The notes beneath the pieces were generated by a model, which saw nothing but the letters and a program-made list of their open reading frames with translations, was not told the DNA's origin and searched no databases. A DNA stretch of 64,000 bases from Lama glama (lineage: Eukaryota): assembly GCA_028534125.1 (NCBI GenBank), contig CM052816.1, positions 5,396,001 to 5,460,000 of the forward strand, in the 5' to 3' direction. This document shows, in pieces, positions 22,721-35,019 of this stretch; the first letter of the stretch is position 1; each line of letters opens with the position of its first letter. A program made the translations under genes and the position numbers.

Positions 22721-22749
22721 AAAGGTTTCTGAACTAAATAAAGTTTTTT

Positions 22750-23110
22750 AAAAAATCACCAACCAAGAGAAATATAATCGGACTTTTGTACTGCGCTTCA
22801 AATATGACAGAGGCAGGCCTTGCCGGTGGCCAACAATAATTCAACTTCATGATCATAGTTGTGAGTTTTGAATAGTCATTAAAAGCCAGGCAACTAACTG
22901 GTAACCCCGGTCTCAAAGACTTCCCCAGTCTCTTCCCAGTATGAGTCAACAGTGGATAAGTCCCACAGCCCTTGGATTTATTTCATAGAAAAATAACAGA
23001 ACCCCTGTCCTGACAAATCTACTAATTAAGGTATACGTGCGAATTTTAATGTTACTCATTTTTAAAAGCTTGACTGGTCTCTCCTGGCAATGCTCTATTA
23101 TTCCCAAGAC
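22750..23110. promoter_or_regulatory. Candidate conserved non-coding element
   Basis: Repeat-free. Contains aacaat (SOX-type), tgacag (MEIS-type), tgagtca (AP-1), ctaattaa and gtcattaa, plus scattered CpGs. Confidence 0.4.
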
Positions 23111-23999
23111 CAAATAGTGCTGGAGAACAGTTCAAGACAATACACACTGAAGGAAAAAAAAAAGCACTGCAGCGTACAGACACATTAGAGGTCTGCTTCT
23201 CCCTAAAAACACATGGACATGAACAGTAGAAAGGGATGGGTGAGGAGGGAACGTGGAATCCAGCTAGCAATTGAACGAAACTCAGGTTTCATCTGAAAAA
23301 TTCCTAAGGGTTTAGCATTCTATTCCACAATGTACTCATGTTTATGTTCATATAAATATTAATGATTATTCCCCACCCCCACTCCCCTTCTAAATCATGT
23401 TCAGAAAAGAAGGGTCATATTTATTCTGTGGATTCTCATACCTGTGGGCACATATCCTAACTTCTGGAAGCATGCAGCAAAACAGCTTAGAAAATGTTTA
23501 TGTTCACTGTATCAGCATCTTTTATTAGTACAAAGAAGTGTTTTAAAATATATATATACACACTTTTTTTTTTACAGATTTAAATCTTAAAAGCACACAC
23601 ATCTATCTGCAAAATCCACTCATCCAGAAAAACCTCACTCTCTAATGATGCCAGATAAATGAAGCATTGCTCTGCTAGGAAGTTGTGTTAAGACCCTAGG
23701 AAATCTATGTTGTACATATATTAGCTATGCATGGGAAAATAAAGCTTGCCCGTTCTTTTTCTATTATGGAAAGTGTGGGTTTGGCGAATGTCCCAATGGT
23801 CCTTTTATTTTTTAAAGAGAATATCTGAACTGTTCACAACAGATTACCTGTTTTTGAAGTGCTGTGAAAATTCTGTTTTCAGCCCTTTTTTCTTAGAAAG
23901 CCAGGATTCTTGTTAAGAGTGTTTTCTGGTCCTCAGGACACTTAATGAACATTAAAATATCTGCTGTTTCAAATATAAAAGCAGGCAACTGCCTTCCCA

Positions 24000-24513
24000 A
24001 AAGTCTTCATTCCTTTGCTTTTCTGGAACCTACACCCTTATCTTAGGGAACCAGCCTTCTCCCACTGCCGCTGCATGAGGCTTAGGGGGCTGGCCTCTCC
24101 CTCAGTTCCATGAGTGAAGACTTGACCCTTTGCCAGAGTATGGTATCCTCCTGACCATAGTGAAAGCTTGACAGATAAGTCACAAACCAAAGTGGACACA
24201 AGAGGATGGCTCAGTGACTATGACTACAACTATCAGGAAAGAGCCTTTCTCTTGTTGCTGGAGCTGCCAAGCTACAGGAAGGAAGCCCGGAGCTGCCTGA
24301 GGCCTCTGGCCGCCAGGAGGGGGCAAGCCAGTCTGAGGAGAAGCAACCAGCACTAAGCACAGATTACTGAAGACATCTAAGCCCCAGGATTCAGCCATGC
24401 CTGAAGGCGGAGCATCCCCAGTCTTCTCAGTCACATAATCCAATAAATTCTCTTTTTTGCTTGTCAACCTGAGCAGAGTTTCTGTCACTTGCAACTGAAA
24501 TAGTCCTAATACA
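24000..24513 (+). mobile_element. MaLR solo LTR (MLT1K-like)
   Basis: ggattcagccatgcctgaag..ccaataaattctcttttttgctt..gtttctgtcacttgcaactgaaatagtcctaataca. Confidence 0.88.
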
Positions 24514-24654
24514 AACATGCTTTTTTAAAAAAATTGAAAACTATTAGGAAGGCAGAGATAAAGTGAGCTTTTCTAACCTCTAAAATTCAACTTCAAGATC
24601 CAGGCTCAGGCAACTCCACTCAGAAAAAAGTATAATCACAAGGGCCAGAAAGCA

Positions 24655-24870
24655 TAAAGAAATTAATAGGACACTGGTTTTGAAGTCAACAGACAGGATT
24701 CAAAAGTGAGTCTGTAACTGCCCAGATAAGAGTCCTTGGGCAATTGCTAAATCTCTCTGAGCCTCAGTTTCTACACATCCAAAATGGGAGTGATAACTTC
24801 ACAGGGTTGGGATAAAAAACCAAAGAGATAAGGGGTGAAATGGCAAAGCATTGCCCAATCATATAGGATC
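24655..24870 (+). mobile_element. MIR SINE
   Basis: ccttgggcaattgctaaatctctctgagcctcagtttctacacatccaaaatggg..ttcacagggttg. Confidence 0.88.
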
Positions 24871-25311
24871 ATTTCCTCTTCTGTGGTGCATGATAAGATG
24901 GGAGGGGATGATGTGAGCAGCTGGGTTTGGAGAGGCAGCTGTGGAAGCCCATGTGGAAGTGCTAACAGCAAAACCACCAGTGGCCGACTATGAAACAAGG
25001 TGGAAAACCAAGCCAGCTCATCCAAACAGCATGACAGTGTTTGAAGACGAATATGAGCACCAGATACTGATCACAGACCTCGTCACAAAACTTCTCTCTT
25101 TCATGACACTGTTTACTCCTAACAGCTAAGAACACAAATATATTCAACCAACGGAACTCCTAGGGGTTTATCTGGGACTAGGCTGGCTCTTGTGACACAC
25201 CAGGAAAACGTCACTCATTTGGTGCCATGAAAGTTAAAAAAAAAAAAGAAAAGAAAAGAAATGGATTTTAAAAACGAAAATAGATTAAATAAAAAGAGAC
25301 AAAATCATGAA

Positions 25312-25600
25312 AAGAGGTCTCAAACTGGTGGTCTAAGGTCACCACCAACCTACAAGGGACCACACACAGTGCTTTTTAAAAATAAGACCTATGTTGACAA
25401 CTACAAGAAATCCAGAAAGTTCTCTTAAAGATCCAAATATCCAGGTCCTCTTGAGTAACTGGAAGACCTGGCAACCCAGCTCTATGCTCACATATGGCAG
25501 CCGCTGACAGCAGCTAAGTCGCTGATGGATGTCCCACTAGATGGGGGGGCGGTGTTCTGCACTCCCCAACCTGCACCACTTTCTTGCATAGCCAGGCATC
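25312..25600 (+). mobile_element. MER102-like hAT-Charlie element
   Basis: agaggtctcaaactggtggtc..atccaggtcctcttgagtaactggaagacctggcaac..tagatgggg. Confidence 0.7.
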
Positions 25601-25759
25601 ACTCATGCAAGTGGCTTCCAGAATCCCTTTAGGAATTTGCATCTGTTACCCAGAGAAAGGAGTAGCTCTGAGACCTAGGAAGCCATCATCAGGCTCCTTC
25701 TCTGTCAACCTCCCTACTCCAGAGGCAAAGTTACAAAGGTTACTAAGAAATGAAGGCTT

Positions 25760-25890
25760 TAGTGGTGACGGATGCACAACTCAGTGACTATAATAAAATT
25801 CACTGAAGCATACACTTTAAGAGGGTGACCTGGATGGTATGGTATGGCATATATATTGAATTATATCCCAATAAACCTGTTATTAAAATG
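25760..25890 (+). mobile_element. Old L1 3' terminal fragment
   Basis: gtggtgacggatgcacaactc..cactgaagcatacactttaa..gaattatatcccaataaa. Confidence 0.85.
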
Positions 25891-26054
25891 AAGAGGAAGA
25901 GAGGCTTCCTGTAGGAATAAGCTCTTGCCCAGACTATGATACAGACAAGACCTAGCCTTGGTAACCTCCCAGCTTCCCTTTAATGGCCCTTTCCTGCCTC
26001 TGGAAAAGAAACCTGGTTTTTAGCCAGCAAGCGAAGTTGGCAAGTATGAGAAGA

Positions 26055-26240
26055 TAGAAGGCATACTGGATCTGTAGTCAGGAAGTCCTGCTTTGTCATT
26101 TCCTGGCTGTGTGGGTCAATTTGCCTCTCTGGGTCTCAGTGTCACTATCATAAAATAAGGATCATAATCCCTGATCTGTTTAGATCAAGAATAGTTTAGA
26201 TCAACAATAGAGGCAAGAGATGAGAAAGTACTCTTTGTAA
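26055..26240 (+). mobile_element. MIR SINE
   Basis: agtcaggaagtcctg..ctggctgtgtgggtcaa..cctctctgggtctcagtgtc..taaaataaggatcataatccct. Confidence 0.7.
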
Positions 26241-26359
26241 TTGTTACGGTTCACCCCAGGTGCAACAGATACAGGACAGGCCACCACATCTCCGCCCTAT
26301 GCCCGTGGTAGATGTAGTCAATCAATCATGACACTCCTTACTGTAGCAAGCACTGCAGC

Positions 26360-26845
26360 TAATGGGCATCTCCCCTTCTGCCATGGTGGCGAAGCCCTGC
26401 TTCTGTTACCATATTTCCTTCACATAATTTAGGACTCTATCTTGGCAAGCTGTGCCAATCTTGGTGGTCCTACTTTCCTTACAAGTATACAATCAATGGA
26501 GGGAGTCTGATGGGATTAGAGGCAGGGGTTGGGAAGGGTTTTCTCATTGATTCAAAGGTGACAGAGAGAAAATACCGTATTCTCTGCTCCTGGCAGGAGC
26601 TCCTGTAGGAATCTTGTGTCTCTGAGAAAAAAAAAAAAGAAACTAGACATGCTGAGGTTAATAGAAAAGAAAGATGGAAAGAACTAGGTCTCTGAGATCA
26701 TCACTGAGCTGTTAAACTAACTAGTTCTGAAGTGGCCCTAACCCTGGACTCCTTATTATTTCAGTATATTAAACCTTCTCATTGTTTCAGTTATTGTGAA
26801 TTGACTTTCTGTTGCTTGCAGCCCAAAGCACCCTAATTTGTAAAC
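26360..26845 (+). mobile_element. Old MaLR LTR (MLT1J/L-like)
   Basis: gatcatcactgagctg..ccctggactcctt..gactttctgttgcttgcagcccaaagcaccctaa. Confidence 0.65.
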
Positions 26846-27139
26846 CCACAGAGCTGTGATGTGGTCTTAGACTCTTCTTAAATATCAGGCTTTAGAATGT
26901 CATTATTAATTGCAAAGAGGTATTGATGCCAGTAAATAATTCCTGATTTAACGTTATCCCTTTTAGTAATTCATTATTAAATTTTGGGACAAAAAGGGCT
27001 GCATAAAACAAAATACATCCAGGTAAATATTTCTTCTGCCAACAGGAATAAATCTTCCGTGTGATCTCAATATTTATGAGCATTTACTGTGTATGTAAGA
27101 GGCACTGGAGGAATTAAAGTGATGAAGAGGAAAGATGCC

Positions 27140-30129
27140 AGTGGAGGTGGCATGGTCCTTTCAGCATCTCTGAATCCCCACAGAAGTGCACAGAGCAACT
27201 AGGTAACAAAACCCATGGAACAACAATCACAACCAAATCAGTTCACAAGGAATCCCCATGAACCCTAAAATACAAGTGGATGAGTGAGAACAAGCCACTA
27301 TTAATCACCAGGCTGACATGTTATTGGCGTCTGTACAGGGGAATTAAAGGAAGCAATGGGAACAATGGCTGCTAGTCCTAGAGCGGACACTGAAACAGCC
27401 AACGGGCATCTGCTGGGAAAGCACAATGCACCAATGTGAGAACAGCAGCTAAAACTTGGAGGGTTTCTGCCCAACCCAGTAACAGGCAGGTACAGAAGGG
27501 CCTCAGTAAGCAGGTCTGATGGGGCTGGAGCAGCCTAGCCTCTGTGAACTCTTGAAGCAAATCTGCCCCAGGGCAGATGAAGACCTGCACTGAGGAGAAA
27601 CTGCTCGGTGAAGTTCCAGTTGAGCAGGACAGGAACAATGGAGATGAAGGAAAGAGGAGTTTCACATAAAAATGGGAGAGGGAAACAGAGCCAGGAAATC
27701 TAAGAAAATCAGCCACCATGTTTTCTAATATTACATACCAAAAAGATTTTTTAAAAAGAGAGAGAAAGAAAGAGAGAGAAGGTGGGGAAGCTCTGTGAAG
27801 TTAGAAAAGCTTTACTAAACCTCACCTTATTCTAAAAGTTCAAGAAAACAAATTTCACCAAAAAATTAACAATAGCAAAATACTGATGTCAAATCTCATG
27901 GAAAATCATTATTTTACAAAAGACTGAGAAGCAGGATAGCATTCCTATGGGCAATGAAAGCATGCTTGAAAGACATGCTCATAAAATGGATGAAAACTCT
28001 AACTTACTATTTCAAAATTAGCTTAAAAGACATTAACCAAATGCACCAAAAAGAACAACATAAATTAGAAAGAATTAGAAATGAGGTAACAGACCCAGGA
28101 AAGAATTAGCAATAAAAGAAGAAATCATGTCAGAAATGAAGACTAAACTAGAAGAAACAAAGACCCAAAAGACACAACAGTCAATGCCTCAAATAGGTAA
28201 AAAGAAGAAAAATTTTAAATCAAGAAAAATGGAGGGAAAAGAAAACAGAATCAGGAGAAAAGTGACAGGTAGTGAAGACAGGCAAAAAAAAAAAAAAAGA
28301 TCTAACAGACTGATAAGAGTTAAGAGGAGTCTCTGAAGACAAAAACCAAAACAAGGTAATAGCAAAAAGACTAAAAACTGTAATTCAGGAAAAATTTCCT
28401 GAACTTTAAGAAAAAAAGAAGATTTGAAAGTAGATACTGAAAGAGCTCAGAATACTGATCCAGGACAACCAACACTGAGGCATAATCCAGTAAATTTGCT
28501 GGAAAGAGAGGAAGGAAAGAGGAGGGAGGAAGAGAGGGTACTTTGGGGTACCCAAGAAAAAGAGGCAAGGTATTTACAAGGCAAAGGAAATTACATTATC
28601 ACCAGACTTGCTGACAGTAACACTTTATCTTTATGCCAGAAGAAACTGGAGTAACATATTCAAGATACTCATGGAAAGAAAATGTGAACCAAGGATTTTA
28701 TACCCAGCAAGACTGACTTACTAGTGTAAAGAAGGGCACAAATGTTATTAACATTTAAGAACCCAAGAAATATTGGTCTTGGTCCCAGGAGCCCTGCCTA
28801 AGGAATCTAATAGAAAACATGCTTCAGACAACCAAACTGACTAAAGCGGTACCAACACACAGACTGACAGTGAACATTAAATACACAGTTACCTGCAGAA
28901 CTGTGATTAAGTGAGAGTTAAGAGGGAAAGGGTAGTATAATCCAGATATAGGACAACTATAAAAACAATGGAGGGAGAATGAAGAGAGTATATATGAAAA
29001 AGATTTTTTAGTGTTTTGAATAATCATATTTTAGTAGTATTAGTATCATCGTTCTGATATTCCTGTATGTGTAATATGGGATGATATAAAAGAGCCTAAC
29101 TCTGCTACCTTTCGTGTTACTGAAAACCACAGTTTTTGGTGCAGAGAAAGAGGTAAAAGTTGTAAGAGAGAAAAAAAAAAACAAAACTCTAGAGCCTTGA
29201 ATTTAAGTTAAACATAGGTTTACAACACCATGGGGTATTTTATCTTTAAGTGTAAATAAAATATAAACACAAATATGTTTATAGTCTCCCACCCCTGTCC
29301 AATGAAAAGATTAGGAGCAAAGAGCATCTCTAGTCCTCATATTGTGGTCTTAAAACACCATTCCCCACTAAAAGAAACCAAGGGGTTTCTTAGAGAAATG
29401 ACTGATTCTAGGTCTAAGGGAGGAAATGTGCCAGATGAATCCAGAATATGGTTATACAGTAAAGAGCAGGGAAGCTATCAAAGCATGACTCAAGATTCAA
29501 CTTGAAGAGACCCCCCCACAGAATAAATGAAGAAGAAATGACCGAATCAGAATACCAAGTGACTTTATGTGCTTCCTGATGAAGAAGCTTACTGCCTATA
29601 TTCTTGCCAGAGGGATCGACATCAGTCTGGGCAAGGCTATGGATCCAGCTGCCAATTTGCAGAAAATAAAGAAAATGGAGGACTATGCTAACTTGAACCA
29701 TGAATGTGCAATCAGCAAAATATAGACTGTTGGAAACTTGACAGGCTGGGCTTCTTGAATAGATAAATTATAAGTAAAAGAAAGAATTGGAAGGGAAACC
29801 TGTAGATTAAAACAGACTTTAAAAACATCACATTTTAAACAGGGTAACACTAAAATACTAGGAATTCACATTGGGGTGATAAACCTATTGTTTTAATGAA
29901 AGGCAGAGATTGCTATAAAAGTAAGGTTACTATTAGGGAGAGAGAGGGAATGATGACTGAATAGGGCTCAAGAGGGGGTTTCTGCAAGGACTGGCAATGT
30001 TCTATTTCCTGGCAGGTGGTCACCACAAGGGGATTCACCTCATAATAACTCATTAAGTTTGCAGTTGTTTTGTTGTGTAGTTTTCTGTATCTTGTATTTT
30101 ATTTTGCAATAAAAAGATTGTTTTTAAAA
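27140..30129 (+). mobile_element. Near full-length HAL1-like (ORF1-only, half-L1) retroelement, decayed
   Basis: ORF1p-like peptides IQEKFPEL (from 28383) and ARRNWSNIFKILMERKCEPRILYPARLTY (from 28635). No recognisable ORF2 follows. An L1M-like 3' UTR ends in AATAAA at 30108-30113. L2 pieces lie on both sides. Confidence 0.8.
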
Positions 30130-30199
30130 GATAGGAAGAGAGGGAAAAGAGAAAGGCTCCACTTCTATATCTGTCCCTTGACACGTGTTGTGTTGAGAC

Positions 30200-30440
30200 A
30201 CAGGGATCATAGACAGGGTGTATTCCAGACACAGGACACAGCCTAAGCAAAGGCAATGAGGTAGAAATGAGATGAGTGACAAATTCTGGCAACAGCAAAT
30301 GGTCCTGTTTGGCTGCCCAATGGCTCTACACAGAGAATAGTAGGAAATAAAACTAGAAAATGTAAGTTGAGAAAATGCTGTTTGGAAGTCTCACTGTGCC
30401 AGGACATACCATCTGTACTTAATGTATTAGGCAGAAGAGA
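30200..30440 (-). mobile_element. L2 fragment (continuation of L2 at about 27065-27135)
   Basis: gtattccagacacaggacacagcctaagcaaaggcaatgagg..tcctgtttggctg. Confidence 0.6.
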
Positions 30441-30479
30441 AAGGATAAATATTTCTCTACAGGGACTGACCCCTGGATT

Positions 30480-30812
30480 GAGTCACTCCACTGGTTATTT
30501 CTCACTCCAGCCCCTTCCTCCTTCCTCCTTCCTAACAGAACTCTCATTTTTGTCTCATTATCCATCCTGCAGGTTTTTGCATCTACAGGTGATAGCTGGA
30601 GCTACAGCAGCCATCTTGAGACAATGAGGAACTTTAACCTGGGGAGAATGTGTTGAGTATGGTAAAGCAGAAAGATGGCAAGAATATAAATTTCAGATGA
30701 TGCTGCCAAGCCACCAAATTAATTAATTTCACAGTTGCCCTTATGCTAGGGTTCTTGTTATATGAGTTAATAAAGCTCCATATCATTACTTGCAGCTGAA
30801 AGTAGCCAAAAT
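30480..30812 (+). mobile_element. Old MaLR LTR fragment (MLT1J/L-like)
   Basis: gtgatagctggagctacagcagccatcttgagacaatgagg..gcagaaagatgg..ttacttgcagctgaaag. Confidence 0.7.
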
Positions 30813-31817
30813 TATAAAGAAGCATTAAAAGGGAAATAATTTTAAAAAAAACCCACCTATATACTGATAGATATGACTCCAAGAAATGCCTTGAAACAGT
30901 CTCCATGCTCTTTAATGGTCCAGCGGACTCATTGGTTGCCCTGAACAATCCATCTCCTAGTTTGACAGAAACACAGAAGGTTCCAGCAGCCAGCTTAAGT
31001 TTACCACTTAATCACACAAGTCTAGCTGGTGTCAAGCTCTTAAAGGAGTTGATCCCAGGGAACGGGGAGAAAAATGAAAAGGAAATAAAATTGAACAGTT
31101 GCCTGCAGAGAACACCAGCAGTGCATGATTGATTTCCATGTAATCTCCATTTGTCTCCCTGGAATTTCTTCATCAGATCTCTGGCACAGGGTCACAGAGA
31201 GGCACGATGCTGCTCGTGCCTGGAGTGTGGTCAGGGAAAGAAGTGTTCCTTTATATGCCCTTGAAGGTCAAAGAGACCAAGACAAGCGTTCTGGGGGAGA
31301 GCAAGAGAGAGATCTTCCTTTCTTTGCAACAGTGGCAAAGCTCAGGCCACACGTCGCTGCAACTAAGGTGGAAGGTTAGGCTACTGGCTACCCTTTTAGT
31401 AGTTTCATCTCTTGAGCTGGTGAGCCCCTGAGATCTGGAAAGTTTGTGCCCATCCTGGCTGTTTTCAGTCCATTAACTGCTCAGGGCAGGGGTCTTGGCC
31501 CTGACAACAGCTGATATGAAGGATCCCTCCACTGATCCATCCATCCCCAAAACCACAGGGGGAAAACAAGTTATTTGAGGGATCTGGACTTGGGTCACTG
31601 GTGATGGAGAAAGGTTAGAAAGGAGTAGAAGAGGATGGAAGGGCAGAGTGGGCTGTACCCTGAGGTCATTTCAAAGTGCCACCCCTTTCACTGGTTTGAT
31701 GCTCTTTGCTGTGGACTGAATGTTCTCTGGTATTAACACTGGAGTGTCTGTTTGCCTAGCGTCCCTGCCACTGGGGTGGAGCCCTGAGCTCAAAGGGAAC
31801 AGAGAGAGCGCCTAGGA

Positions 31818-31990
31818 CAGCGGTGCTTAAAGTGCAGGCCCCACTAAGCAGCAACAACATCCCTCAGAGAGCGGCTAGAAATGCAAATCCCCAGGCCCTA
31901 CCAGCCAACTGAATCACACCTCTAGGAGTGGGTCCCAGAAATCTGTGTTTAAGCAAGCCCTCCAGGTGATTTTCATGCACCGGAAGACTA
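31818..31990 (+). mobile_element. MER5A hAT-Charlie MITE
   Basis: cagcggtgcttaaagtg..tagaaatgcaaatccccaggccc..aatctgtgtttaagcaagccctccaggtgattttcatgcac. Confidence 0.9.
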
Positions 31991-32279
31991 GACCAATAAC
32001 CTCATTATGCAGGCGGGAAAGGGCAGGGCCAGGCACTTAAACTGACTTACTTAGGATCCTGTGGCTGGACAGCAGCACAGGCTAACCTAGAAGCTGGGTC
32101 TGACTCCCAGGCTAGTGCCTTTCCCACTGCATTAGAAAAGAAGGCAAAGCTATAATGCCATAAAGCCACCTTGAGTGATTCCAAACCCATACTCAGCCAT
32201 TTCCAGTGTTTCTGCATACCTCCCAGCACCGTATCTGGAGCCCTGAGCCTAAAACACTTCCATTTCCAGTATGGGACAA

Positions 32280-33290
32280 TAAGACCCGAGCATCCTCTCC
32301 CCTCCTGGCTCCTCCATATGGCCGGTATTAGAGGAAGGTATCCACGGTCGCCCAGTGACTGAAGCCAGAAATCCCAACAACTGTGGCCCAGAATGCTTAA
32401 AGCAGGACTGCCTGGATGCCAACCCCAGCTATGTGACTTGTCCCCTGTGTGTCACAGTGGGCAAATTTTCACCTTTCTGAGCCAGTTTCCCTAGCTGTAA
32501 TCTGAAGACAGTGCACTTACAGGGATATTGCCTGCGGTGAGGATGAGAATGAGGTAACCCACGCTGGGTGCTAAGCATTGCTCCTGGCACAGAGCTAAGT
32601 GTCAGCTGGCACTGCTCTCCTTAGTGTCACTCTGTCCCTCTCCTCCCCGTGTCCCCCTAGTGACCGAGTCCTGCTTATTCCACCTCTTTGACTGTTCCCA
32701 CCTCCAGGCTCTTCTCCTGGTCTTTGCATGTCCATCCCCACTGCCGTGGTGTGGCTCTGGTCCTCATTCTGTGCCCCTGCACCACCACACAAGTCTTCCA
32801 GCCAGTCTCATAGCCTCCAGTCCCTCGTCTAGTCTGCCCCTCAGGCTTACAGCCCAGTGAGCTTTCTGGATTGCAGGTTGAGTTTCAGCTCCTGGGCAGA
32901 AGCCACGAGGTCCCTGGTGATCAGCACCCCCATCTCTATCTTACATCTAGGTTCCGCCAACCTACTGACCCCATGCTCTAGACCTAGTTACATTTGGGAC
33001 CACAAAAACTGTGGACTTCTCACACCACTGTGCTCTGCTCTCTCTGCTAAGAATGCCCGACCTCTGTCTGCCTGGCAAATCCACGCTCATCTTTCCAGGC
33101 ATAGCCCAGTCTGGTTCTCAGGCAGAGGTGACTGCCCCTGCTTTGTGCCTCTCTCACAGTACCTGTTTCACTTTACTGCACCTACTCTTTCCCACATCTG
33201 CCACCCCTGCTGTCTGCTGGATTGTCACTCTATCCCAAGCACTCTCCCTGGCATAGAGAAGGCGTCCTAAATGTCTCTATTAAACGGATC
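32280..33290 (+). mobile_element. L2 LINE fragments (with a MIR inserted at about 32390-32600)
   Basis: ccagtgactgaagccagaaatcc, cccactgccgtgg..cttccagccagtctc, ccctggcatagagaaggcgtcctaaatgt. Embedded MIR core gggcaaatttt..ctgagccagtttcc..ctgtaa. Confidence 0.7.
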
Positions 33291-34049
33291 AACACTGGAC
33301 TCCCCCAATCTCACCAGCTGCAGCACTGCTGCCCTCTGGGCTCAGAGAACAAACCTGCGCTGGTGGTCCCCCGGAAAGCCTCTGAGGGGTTGGAATCCCA
33401 TCTCTCAACAAAGCAGGCTAGAATGATTCTCGATACAAACGTGGCTGTGATGCGTAAAGCAGGCCATATGCATGTTATCTAACTACGTAATCCGTCCATC
33501 ACTAGGCAGTCATTCAGTTTCCAGGATGGGCAAAGCTCCTCCTGGTTTCAAAAAAAAGAGCCCTCTCCCCACATCCAGGGTGCAATGTGGCAATGGAACT
33601 AAGAGCTTGCTGTTACAGCCCCGCACTGGGCTGGAGACGTGGCTTCTGGTTCCTGGCACTGCCACTTGCTTGCTGGGCAAGAGGCTTCCCCGTGTGGGCC
33701 TCCTCTGATCCTTGTCTGAACAAGGGCTATGTACCAGAAGCTCCCCGAGCGCCTTTTAGAGCTCAGAGCTCGAACATTACAGAAATTTAAGTGCCACTTA
33801 TAAGGAGAGAACAGGGACGATTCTTGCTTTCCACCCTCACTGCCTCCTGAGCACTCAGCAGTTCACACAGGGGACAGATGGGAGACACCATATTCGGTGA
33901 ACAAATGACTTGACGCCTCCTGTTCTCACCCAGGTACTCTTTGACTGAGGACTGCATGCCAGCAGGACCCAAGTAAGTGCTCCTGGAGTCGGGCGTGCTT
34001 TCCTACATACACAACCTTCCCTCACTTTGAGATGTAACCCAAGGAGGCG

Positions 34050-34285
34050 ATATTCCATAGTGGTTAATAACACACGGCCTAGAATCAGACTCTGGTTCTT
34101 TCATTTAGTAGCTGTGTGACCTTGAACAAACTGCTTAGTCACTCTGTGTCTCATCAGTAAAATAGGGGCAATAACAGTTATACCTTACGGCATCATCTTG
34201 AGGATTAAAATAGTTAATACGGTTAATTCCTTAAATAGTGCCTGCCACAGGGTGAGCACTGGACAAAAATTATTAAGTTGTTATG
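34050..34285 (+). mobile_element. MIR SINE, near full length
   Basis: catagtggttaa..ctagaatcagact..tagctgtgtgaccttgaacaaactgctta..gaggattaaa..gtgcctgccacag. Confidence 0.92.
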
Positions 34286-34409
34286 TTTGCTCAAAGATTT
34301 TCAGGAAAAGAGCACCGCTGTCTGAAGGCATTTCGAGAATGGCACTGATCCATTCAAGAGGGCTCTGACCTCGTGATTTAACAGCCTCCCAAAGTCCCCA
34401 CACAGAGAG

Positions 34410-34571
34410 ATGTCGTCAGTCTGCAACATGGAAGAGGATCCTCACCACTCCCTGACCCTGATGGTACTCTGATCTGGGACTTCCAGCCTCCAGAACTGCA
34501 AGAAAAAATTTCTATTGTTTCTAAGCCACCCAGCCTGTGGGACTTTGTTATAGCAGCCAGGACTAAGATAC
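34410..34571 (+). mobile_element. MaLR LTR 3' half (MLT1A-like)
   Basis: tgatctgggacttccagcctccagaactg..tttctattgtttctaagccacccagcctgtgggactttgttatagcagcc..gactaagataca. Confidence 0.92.
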
Positions 34572-35019
34572 AACGCCACAACAAAATGTGAACGGATCGA
34601 TGCTACAGTGTAACTGTGGTTATCTCTGGGTGGTCATGATTGCTGGGGATTCTCTCTTTGCGTTTGAGCTTATCTGTATTTTGTAGCACTCTACAACATC
34701 CTCCCTCTCTCCCAGACGTCTCTTTCCACATTCCAGGAACTCTGGCCTGGCTAAGCCTGCAGCTCTGCTCCCCAGCTCGGGCCCAGCGTTCCAAGCAACT
34801 GCCAAACTCCAAGCCCAACCTCCTCAGGAATGGGCTGGGGTGGAGCCTCTGCACAGGGGCCTCATCTAACTGGCAAAAACACATTCTTTCCATGGGCATT
34901 TCCAGAAAGAACCACAGTCAGAAGTGAGAATGTCACATGTCTGAAGTAGACCATCCATCAGGCAGAACTTCTGTGGGGCCCAGATTCTTGGCAAGGAGCC
35001 CTCTCAAAGTAACATTTCC

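Noticed and set aside
26178..26209. 16-bp tandem duplication gtttagatcaa(g/c)aata
   Set aside because: A simple local slippage duplication inside a MIR. Two copies with no spacer, so not an array.
28127..28724. Possible domesticated L1 ORF1 gene (L1TD1-like)
   Set aside because: ORF1 homology is broken by stops and frameshifts into fragments shorter than 80 aa.
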